Positions 51,400-58,617 of a stretch of DNA of 64,000 bases are shown one piece after another. Under the pieces are notes generated by a model. The model searched no databases. It was not told where the DNA came from and saw only the letters and a list, made by a program, of their open reading frames with translations. Source of the DNA: a bacterium (GTDB lineage Bacteria > UBA8248); contig CBDCRP010000003.1 of the NCBI GenBank assembly GCA_965221165.1, positions 896,001 through 960,000 on the forward strand, given 5' to 3'. The position numbers and the translations under genes were made by a program. The first letter of the stretch is position 1. Each line of letters opens with the position of its first letter.

Positions 51400-51585
51400 A
51401 CACCGTCATTCCGGTGTCATTCTCGCCCGATGAGGAAGAGAATGCGGAATCCGGGGAATTTGCTTTTGCATCTTTTGCCGCGATTTCCACCTCCTCGTAG
51501 AGGAAAAGAAATACCACAATAGTTTCACCCTCCCCGGTTCCGGCCAACCTTTCGGTTGCCACCCGCATGCGCCGGAATGACGAGG
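51400..51585. repeat. REP-derived ~140 bp element, inverted copy of 49491-49628
   Basis: Reverse complement reads GTCATTCCGGCGCATGCGGGTGGCAACCGAAAGGTTGGCC...AAATTCC..GG.TTCCGCA, matching 49491-49628. Confidence 0.75.
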
Positions 51586-51722
51586 ATAAAAACACGCTCG
51601 AATCAAGAAACCACCCCTCCCTGAAGTCAGTTCCCTCTTTTCACTCCCTCTTGAGACACATTTCCGACCGTAGCAGGGGCACCTATAGAAAACGCATTTC
51701 CTCCTCTCATCGCTCGAAACAG

Positions 51723-51749
51723 CAGTCTTCCCCTCCTCGGGGAAGACTG
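51723..51749. terminator. Perfect 11-bp hairpin insulating the non-coding locus
   Basis: CAGTCTTCCCC-tcctc-GGGGAAGACTG; only a weak T-tract follows. Confidence 0.45.
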
Positions 51750-51783
51750 ACCTTTCACTCAAAATGGATGAAAAAATCATTCC

Positions 51784-51813
51784 TTGACAAACCCAAAAAA
51801 GCTATCGCAAGAT
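51784..51813 (+). promoter_or_regulatory. Putative sigma70 promoter P1
   Basis: Perfect TTGACA, 18 bp, CAAGAT; AT-rich upstream element. Confidence 0.45.
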
Positions 51814-51817
51814 GTAC

Positions 51818-52623
51818 ATTGCGATGCAATCCACGAGGTGAAGAGGCTTCGGCTGTTCGCCAACCACGAGGCGATCTTCTTCTGGAAGGTCGAAAATCGG
51901 CGAGAAATTCACCTTGACAAAATGCAAAAAGCTGTAGCAATATCAGAGTTGCGACACAGATCCATGAGGTGCAGTCGATTTCGGGCTGCTCGCTGAATAC
52001 AACACGTCTTTCTTCTTGAAGGACGGAATAGGCGAGAACCCACCTCAAGAACCTATACCTCGTGGATTGTGTCGCAACCAGCCCGGACTGCGTGTCCGCA
52101 AGGTTGCCGGCCCCGGTGCTGCCCAAAGACTCACAAGTGGTTTTGTTGCGGCCCGTATAGATACACAAGGTAAGAAGGTTAATCGTAGAAAACCGGAAAT
52201 ATGCTGAAAAATCCCTTTTTCTACTCCGGGTTCGCAGCAGCAGGCGCCTTCGGCGTGAGAGGCGGCACGGGTGACGCCGCCATGAGCCTCATCGGCGCTT
52301 ACAAACAGTAGAGCAAGACGCCTTGCCTTGGCTCTTGGGTTTTATATACGACGCCCGGGGAGAAGGCGGACAAATAAAGAAGAGTAAAGGGGGCTGCTCA
52401 TTGGTTGCTTCCCTCGTGATTGAGCAAACTGTACCGCTCCTTGCTTAGAGTTTGAGTCCTCGAGCCGGGAACGGGAACAATGGGCAACCCCCGCTTTTTT
52501 TATAACGCGCTTTGGCGACGCCTGGCAATTCCGAAAAAGGGGCTATCCCCTCCCCGTTTTTGACTGGAATCAAGAATGTTCGCCGAGAGGTGAATCGGGA
52601 GAGGGGGCGAGCCCTTTTTTTTT
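51818..52623 (+). ncRNA. Putative large structured non-coding RNA (or cluster of sRNAs), unassigned
   Basis: Between convergent genes, no credible long ORF, two promoters, extensive pairing with compensatory changes, two long hairpins each followed by a T-tract. Confidence 0.5.
51914..51943 (+). promoter_or_regulatory. Putative sigma70 promoter P2
   Basis: Perfect TTGACA, 18 bp, CAATAT; homologous to P1 and 130 bp downstream of it. Confidence 0.45.
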
Positions 52624-52659
52624 GCGTAGCGGCGTTTTACTTCTCCCGTTCCCTCCCTT

Positions 52660-52940
52660 CTCGACCCGAGCAGTACCTCCTTCATCAGTCGGCAATGACC
52701 ACCGCCTTTGATCGTCATTCCGGCGCATGCCGGTGGCAACCGCAAGGTTGACCAGGGGTTAACCTGTTGCCTTTATCCTGCGATATCTTCGGTGCAAATC
52801 TGTCGGGCGGCATATATGCCGCCCCTACGAAACGAATCGCTTCTCTCCCGATCATCCGTAGGTGGCGGTCCCTCCCTTTCCGGTCGGCAAACCCTCCCGC
52901 ATTGGTCGGCAAACCCTCGCTCCTCGCTCGGGTTTGACCC
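52660..52940. repeat. REP-like palindromic repeat cluster
   Basis: GTCATTCCGGCGCATGCCGGTGGCAACCGCAAGGTTGACC, GGGCGGCATATATGCCGCCCCTACG, GGTCGGCAAACCCTC x2, CGCTCGGGTTTGACC. Confidence 0.75.
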
Positions 52941-53143
52941 TCCCGAATCCGGCTTGGATCCACCAAGAAAACGGGGGCGCATTTCCGCGCATTTGGCGTT
53001 ACCGCGCAGGCCCGGGCGTGTGGCAAGGTGTCGCCCGCCGGGCGAAACGCCGGCGCATAAGTGAAAATGTCTGAAAAAAGGGGGAAAAAGGGGGAAATAT
53101 CTGAAAATAAGTGAAAATTTATCTCGTTGATAAATAAGGGGTT

Positions 53144-54784
53144 TCAGTGATTTCCCCACGTATGGCGGCCTATGGGACGCTCCCGGGCCATAAATGTTTT
53201 TTCGGCCATTTTCACGAAAATGTTGACCCGCCAGCGCGCGTCGTCGGCTTCGGGGCAATCCGCCCGGTAGTGCGCGCCCCGGCTCTCGGTTCTGAGCAGC
53301 GCGGCCTCCACCACCGCCTGTGCGCTCAGGCACATGTTCTCCGCCTCGACGGCCTCGAGCAGGCGGGCGGGTGCGCTCCCCCCACACGAAGCCAGAGCGC
53401 CCTGGATATCCCCGAGCGCGCCCCGCGCCTCTTCGAGCGGGCCCTCCTCGCGCACGATGCCCGCCTTCTCCCAGCAGAGCCTCTTGAGCTTGCGGACCAA
53501 GTCCACCGCGCGATTCGGCCTGCCCGCGCGCTCCGAGAGCGCAACCGCGTGGGCCTTCGCGAGCGCAGGACCCGGCGTCGCGCATTCTGAGCTTCGCGCA
53601 AGCTCGCTTGCGGCCTTCCCCGCGCGCCAGCCCAGCGTATGGGCCTCGGTGAAGGCGTTGTTCGAGAGGCGGTTCGCCCCGTGCGCACCCGCGCTCACCT
53701 CGCCCGCCGCGTAGAGGCCCGGCATGGCCGTCGCTCCCTCGCCGTCAATCGGCACCCCGCCCATGAAGAAGTGGGCCTTGGGCGAGACGTAGATATCGCT
53801 GCCGTGGGGCGAAACGCCCCTCCTGGCGAAGAGCTTGAGATTGTCGGGGGCGAAATGCTCCAGATCCTCCACCGAGATGCCGGATAAATCCATCTGCACG
53901 GCGCCATCCACCCCGCCGCCACGCATGAGTTCGAGATAGACCGCCCGCGCCATCAGGTCGCGCGTGGCGTCGCCGCCGCCTGGCACGTCGCGCATGATGT
54001 CCTCCCCGTCCCGGTTCAGGAACCGCGCACCGAGCGGGAACAGCGTGGGCGCCACCACCATGTTGCTCTCGGGCCGCTTGATGACGGCCGGGTAGAACTG
54101 AACGAACTCCATATCGGAGAGCGCAAGGCCCGCCCTCAGCGCCATCGCGAAGCCGTCTCCCGTGATGCCGCCCGCATTCGTGTTCTCCGCAAAAATCTGC
54201 CCCGCGCCGCCCGTGGCCAGTATGGTGGCGCCTGCGCGTATGGCGTACACCTCGCCGCTCCTCGTGTGAAAACCCATGACGCCCCCGCAGACCCCATCAT
54301 CCACGAGCAAATCGACGGTCATGACGTTTTCGAGAATACGGGCGGCGTCTGCGTCGAGTTTCTTGCGCAGCGGCCTCGCCACCTCCACGCCCCAGTTCTT
54401 GATCGGGTAAATTCCGCGGTCTTGTCTGTGGCCGCCCTGGGGGTGTAAGTCGAACGACCCGTCCTCGCGCGTGATGAAGGGAATCCCCCAGTCGTAAAGA
54501 TCGCGTATGCGAGCGGCGGAATCCGCGCACATGGCATGGGCGACGGCGGGGTGATTGAGGCGTGCGCCTCCCTCCAGGGTATCTTCCAGGAACAAAGCCG
54601 CGCTGTCATCGGGCGCGAAATTCGCCGAATGTCCCGCGCGGGCCATGACGATATTGCCCGAACTCCCGGGAGATTGCTTGCAGACCAAAAGCGCGTCCGC
54701 GCCGCTCTCCATCGCGGCGATGGCCGCCGTCATGGCGGCGGGGCCGCCGCCCAGGATCAATACGTCGCAGGAGAGATTCTGCAC
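53144..54784 (-). CDS. FAD-dependent oxidoreductase, NadB/SdhA/FrdA flavoprotein superfamily (divergent)
   Basis: ILGGGPAA, LATGGAG, TGDG, MEFVQFYP, AHFFMGG, YAAGEV..GAHGANRL, RTESRGAHYR. Confidence 0.85.
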   Translation of the reverse strand: MQNLSCDVLILGGGPAAMTAAIAAMESGADALLVCKQSPGSSGNIVMARAGHSANFAPDDSAALFLEDTLEGGARLNHPAVAHAMCADSAARIRDLYDWGIPFITREDGSFDLHPQGGHRQDRGIYPIKNWGVEVARPLRKKLDADAARILENVMTVDLLVDDGVCGGVMGFHTRSGEVYAIRAGATILATGGAGQIFAENTNAGGITGDGFAMALRAGLALSDMEFVQFYPAVIKRPESNMVVAPTLFPLGARFLNRDGEDIMRDVPGGGDATRDLMARAVYLELMRGGGVDGAVQMDLSGISVEDLEHFAPDNLKLFARRGVSPHGSDIYVSPKAHFFMGGVPIDGEGATAMPGLYAAGEVSAGAHGANRLSNNAFTEAHTLGWRAGKAASELARSSECATPGPALAKAHAVALSERAGRPNRAVDLVRKLKRLCWEKAGIVREEGPLEEARGALGDIQGALASCGGSAPARLLEAVEAENMCLSAQAVVEAALLRTESRGAHYRADCPEADDARWRVNIFVKMAEKTFMARERPIGRHTWGNH

Positions 54785-54919
54785 GGAAATACCTAGAACT
54801 TTGAGTGAATTATCGAGAACTTGAAAGACGGGGAGTATTCGTTCACTTTTTCAAGCCCTCGGGGACATGCGGAGAGTAGACGGATAAACCCCAGGTTCAC
54901 GGGCCGCTCAAGCGGTCTT

Positions 54920-57190
54920 TTATTTTCTTGCTTCTTCTATCGCTTCGAGCACGTGCTCGGGACTGACCGGCAGGCTGCGGACTCGCGCGCCGCCCGTTGC
55001 GTGATAGATAGCGTTGCAAATCGCCGCCGTGATCGGGTTTATCGCCACCTCGGCCAACCCCTTGGCGCCATAGGGGCCGTGAGGGTCCATCGATTCAAAG
55101 AAATCATGCTCAATCGGGGGCGCATCCATCGAGGTGGCGATGAGGTAATCGTGAAAATTTTTCCCGCGCAGATGCCCCTCCAGCGGCGCGAGACCTTCCA
55201 TCATCGCGTAGCTCATCCCCTGAACCGCACCACCCTCGACTTGCCCCTCGGCGCCCAACCTGTTGATCACCCGGCCCGGGTCATGACCACAGCAAATCTG
55301 CAAAATGGTGACGACCCCCGTCTCCATATCCACTTCCACCTCGGCGCCGTGGGTGCTGAAAGAATACGTGGTCGAGGGATTTCCGAATTTTTCCTTATCG
55401 AGCACATCTCCCCCGGCCAGCCATTTCCCGTTGCCTTCAATCACGCTTCCCGCCCGCCTGACGACTTCGCCCACCGTCATTTTCCGCTCGGGCAGAGCCT
55501 TCGCCTGGACCTCTCCCTCTACAATTTCGAGTTCATCCGCCGGGATTTCCATGATTTCCGCCGCCGCATCCAACAGATTCCTGCGCGCGTCCTCTGCAGC
55601 GAGCTTCACGGCATTGCCGCCAATCAAGGTGATGCGGCTGGCGAACGCCCCCATGCCGAAGGGCATGTAGCCCGTATCCGTGGGGGGCACCTTGAACCGG
55701 TTTAGCGGAATACCCATGACTTCCGAAGCGATGTAGGCCATCACGCTCGTGGCGCCCTGGCCCAGGTCCGACTCACCCGACCAGATTTCGACTTTTCCTT
55801 CCTCATCCAGCCGAATCACGCCGCTCGAGGGGTCCGTGTCATCCGGCCCGAGTTCCACCGAGAAACCTTTATTTCCCGAAACATGAATGCAACTGGCAAG
55901 ACCTACACCGCGGCCTTTTCCCCCTCGGGCGCGCTTGGCTTTCCAGTCGATCTTATCCACCACGTATTTCGTGGCGTCGGCCACGGCGCAACTCGCGATT
56001 TTCCAGCCGTGAAGCGAAACGTCGCCCTTTTCGGTATAATTCTTAAGACGAAGCTCGGCAGGGTCCATCCCCAGACCATCGGCCACGTTGTCGAGATGAC
56101 TCTCCCAGGCGTAAGTCGCCTGCACGTTTCCGAACCCCCGCATCTGGCCCGAGGGGATGATGTTCGTGTAGACGAGTTTTCCCTGAATCTCCGCGGCAGG
56201 CGTTTTGTAGAGATTGTCCGTCCGCAGCGCAATGGAACTCATGATGGCCGGGGACAGCGAGCTGTAAGCGCCGTTTTCCGCCACGATTTTGACGCGCTTG
56301 CCCGCCAGCGCGCCATCGCTCATCCAGGCGGATTCCAAGGATATGTGCACCGGCATTCTCGGGCGCATGGCGGTTAAATCTTCTTCGAGGCTCATGATGA
56401 ACCTGACGGGCTTTTCCGCCGCGCGGCTCAACATCGCAGCCATGAGAGCCGCTTTCACATCCAGCTTGCCTCCGAAGGCGCCGCCAGGTTTGGTTTGCGT
56501 TACGCGAAAATCATCGGGGGACATGCCCATGACGGGCGCAAGCATGAAAGTGCGAATCAAAAACACCGACTGCAAACAACCCCATAGGGAGATTTTTCCG
56601 TCCCGATGCCACTGCGCAGCGCAACCCGTGGGTTCGATATACGCCTGGTGCGCAAGATGGGTGTGGAACTCATCCGAGAACCTGGCGTCAGCTGCATGAA
56701 ACGCCTCGTCTATCTCGCCGCGTTTGATATGGAACTCATTCGCGATGTTTCCAGCCACGGAATCATGGACGAGAGGCGCATCCGGCGCTTGCGCCCCGAA
56801 AGGGTCCGCAACCGTGGACAAAATTTCATATTCCACGCGAATGAGCGAAAGCGCTTCGCGCGCCGTTTCCTCATCCACCGCCGCCACGGCGGCGACTTCA
56901 TCCCCCACGTAGCGCGCCTTCTCGCGGCAAAACGCGGTTTCATCCTTATGATTGATGCCGAAGGGGGCATTTGGCGTGTTATTCATGGAAAGAACGACGG
57001 CGACGCCCGGCAGGCGCTCCGCATCCGAGGTATCGAGGGTCAAAATCCTCGCGTGGGGATGGGGACTTCGCAGGGCCATGCCTGTGAGAGCGCCCGGAAG
57101 CTCCAAATCATTGATGAATATCGTGGCGCCGGAGACTTTCTCCACGGCGTCGATGATGGGATGAGGCCGGCCGACGACGCGCGTGCTCAT
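54920..57190 (-). CDS. Xanthine dehydrogenase family molybdopterin-binding subunit
   Basis: LRSPHPHARI, HQAYIEP, GGAFGGK, MRGFGNVQ, DLGQG, ASRIT, EGQVEGG, GPYGAKGLAE; start MSTRVVG overlaps the 2Fe-2S gene stop. Confidence 0.93.
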   Translation of the reverse strand: MSTRVVGRPHPIIDAVEKVSGATIFINDLELPGALTGMALRSPHPHARILTLDTSDAERLPGVAVVLSMNNTPNAPFGINHKDETAFCREKARYVGDEVAAVAAVDEETAREALSLIRVEYEILSTVADPFGAQAPDAPLVHDSVAGNIANEFHIKRGEIDEAFHAADARFSDEFHTHLAHQAYIEPTGCAAQWHRDGKISLWGCLQSVFLIRTFMLAPVMGMSPDDFRVTQTKPGGAFGGKLDVKAALMAAMLSRAAEKPVRFIMSLEEDLTAMRPRMPVHISLESAWMSDGALAGKRVKIVAENGAYSSLSPAIMSSIALRTDNLYKTPAAEIQGKLVYTNIIPSGQMRGFGNVQATYAWESHLDNVADGLGMDPAELRLKNYTEKGDVSLHGWKIASCAVADATKYVVDKIDWKAKRARGGKGRGVGLASCIHVSGNKGFSVELGPDDTDPSSGVIRLDEEGKVEIWSGESDLGQGATSVMAYIASEVMGIPLNRFKVPPTDTGYMPFGMGAFASRITLIGGNAVKLAAEDARRNLLDAAAEIMEIPADELEIVEGEVQAKALPERKMTVGEVVRRAGSVIEGNGKWLAGGDVLDKEKFGNPSTTYSFSTHGAEVEVDMETGVVTILQICCGHDPGRVINRLGAEGQVEGGAVQGMSYAMMEGLAPLEGHLRGKNFHDYLIATSMDAPPIEHDFFESMDPHGPYGAKGLAEVAINPITAAICNAIYHATGGARVRSLPVSPEHVLEAIEEARK

Positions 57191-57684
57191 GAGTCGCCTC
57201 CTTCGTTCATCTGCCGGGCGGCCACGGCGAGCGCTTCGAAAATCTTTTTGTATCCCGTGCAACGGCAAAGATTTCCCGCGAGGCCACGCTGTATATCTTC
57301 ACGCGTAGGCGCGGGATTCTCATCCAGAAGCGCCTTCGCCGCTACCACTATCCCGGGTGTGCAAAAACCGCACTGCACACCTCCTTTTTCGATGATCTGC
57401 TCCTGAATGGGATGGAGGTCGTCTTCTGTTCCGATGCCACGTACGGTGATTATCTCGGAGCCATCGGCCTGCGCGGCGAACACGAGGCAGGCGTTCACCG
57501 CGACGCCATCGAGTAAAATGGCGCACGCACCACAATCACCCCCCTCGCAACTGAGCTTCACTTCCACATACCCAATCCGCCTGAGCGCACGCAGGAGCGT
57601 CTCATCTCCACGCACGGCGAGGGTTTCATCCTTTCCGTTCACGCGTAATTTTATTTCATATCCATTCATCATCTTATCATCCAA
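57187..57684 (-). CDS. Xanthine dehydrogenase family (2Fe-2S) subunit
   Basis: CEGGDCGAC...C, QCGFCTPG, GNLCRCTGY. Confidence 0.95.
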   Translation of the reverse strand: MDDKMMNGYEIKLRVNGKDETLAVRGDETLLRALRRIGYVEVKLSCEGGDCGACAILLDGVAVNACLVFAAQADGSEIITVRGIGTEDDLHPIQEQIIEKGGVQCGFCTPGIVVAAKALLDENPAPTREDIQRGLAGNLCRCTGYKKIFEALAVAARQMNEGGDS

Positions 57685-57700
57685 AATCCAAAGGTTTTCA

Positions 57701-58585
57701 TCACACGACCACGGCCTGCGGCATACCCAACGCTTTTCTTAACAAGCGGCGAACCAGCACACCGCACATTTTCTTGCGGTACGCCGCACTCGCCCGCACG
57801 TCGTCAATCGGTTGCGCGCTATCCTCTGCGGCCGCAGCAGCAGCCTCGATTTCAGCTTCCCCAATTTCCTTTCCGCGCAGAAACACCTCGGCGGCACGCG
57901 CGCGGTACGGGATTGCAGCCACCGCCCCGAGGGCGATGGCGGCCTCCGCGCAGACGTTTCCTTTCATCCGAAGAGCGACCGCCACACTTATGACGGCTAT
58001 CGCCATCGCACGCCTGAGTTGGAGTTTGTAATAAGCGCACCTATCAGCCCCTCCCAGGGGCTCAATGACGATGGCCGTTACGAGTTCTTCCGACCGTACC
58101 GCCGTTTTCCGGTAATCCAAGAAGAATTCGGAAAGCGGCAGGGAGCGTTCACCTTCCACCGAAGCCAATTCAACGACGCCATCTTGCGCCAGCAGAGGTG
58201 GCGCCAAATCGGCGGCGGGCGAGGCATCCATCAGGTTGCCCGCCACGCTCGCCCGGTTTCTCACCAAAGGACCCGCGAACTCGATAGCGCTCTCATACAA
58301 AGGCGGGGCCGCTGCGCGTATCAGTTCCGAATCCAGCAAATCCGTGACCGTCGCCAGCGCACCGATTCTGATTTTCCCGTCCACCTCCTCGATGAAGCGA
58401 AGCTCATCGAGACGGCTGATATCCACTGCGCGCGCAATTTTCTTTCGCCCGAAAAGAACATCCGGCACGAGGTTCGTGCCGCCCGCGACAAAAGCGGCGC
58501 CATCGCGCGCAGCCGCCAGCGCCTCATCCACCGATGTAGCGCGAAAAAATTCCATTCTCCGCCCCAAAAATTTCCGTTTCGCCAA
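57701..58585 (-). CDS. Xanthine dehydrogenase family FAD-binding subunit
   Basis: AGGTNL, IRIGALAT, VRNRASVAGNL..ASPAAD, PIDDVRASAAYR. Confidence 0.92.
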   Translation of the reverse strand: MAKRKFLGRRMEFFRATSVDEALAAARDGAAFVAGGTNLVPDVLFGRKKIARAVDISRLDELRFIEEVDGKIRIGALATVTDLLDSELIRAAAPPLYESAIEFAGPLVRNRASVAGNLMDASPAADLAPPLLAQDGVVELASVEGERSLPLSEFFLDYRKTAVRSEELVTAIVIEPLGGADRCAYYKLQLRRAMAIAVISVAVALRMKGNVCAEAAIALGAVAAIPYRARAAEVFLRGKEIGEAEIEAAAAAAEDSAQPIDDVRASAAYRKKMCGVLVRRLLRKALGMPQAVVV

Positions 58586-58617
58586 GTGCCAAGCCTATGC
58601 CTGAAACTATTCACGAA

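Noticed and set aside
52120-52460. Group I intron core (ATGCTGAAAA resembles P, CAGCAGG resembles Q; GACTCA/TGAGTC could pair)
   Set aside because: The GACTCA segment lies upstream of P (wrong order), there is no canonical R (CAGAGACTA) or S (AAGATATAGTC), and no interrupted host gene
52420-52475. Third cobalamin riboswitch (ACTGTA...GAGCCGGGAA)
   Set aside because: Lacks the GGGAA-GGTG-AATCC core, and no gene follows on this strand
51780-52625. rRNA operon leader, RNase P RNA, tmRNA, SRP RNA, T-box or group II intron
   Set aside because: No rRNA follows, and none of the signature motifs (GAGGAAAGTCC, tRNA-like ends with TTCGA, GGAAGCAGC, T-box GGTGGNACCGCG, domain V) was found on either strand
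52930-52966. tRNA/tmRNA 3' fragment (…GGATCCACCA) as an att site
   Set aside because: No T-arm TTCGA and no matching partner repeat in the window
53144-54784. Naming the flavoprotein nadB or sdhA
   Set aside because: QFHPT His and the EAxRGEG segment are altered, there is no covalent-FAD His, and no nadA/nadC or sdhB is adjacent
54920-58585. 4-hydroxybenzoyl-CoA reductase or aerobic CO dehydrogenase assignment
   Set aside because: FAD subunit lacks the [4Fe-4S] insert of HcrB; Mo subunit has GQMRGFG rather than the CoxL AYxCSFR motif
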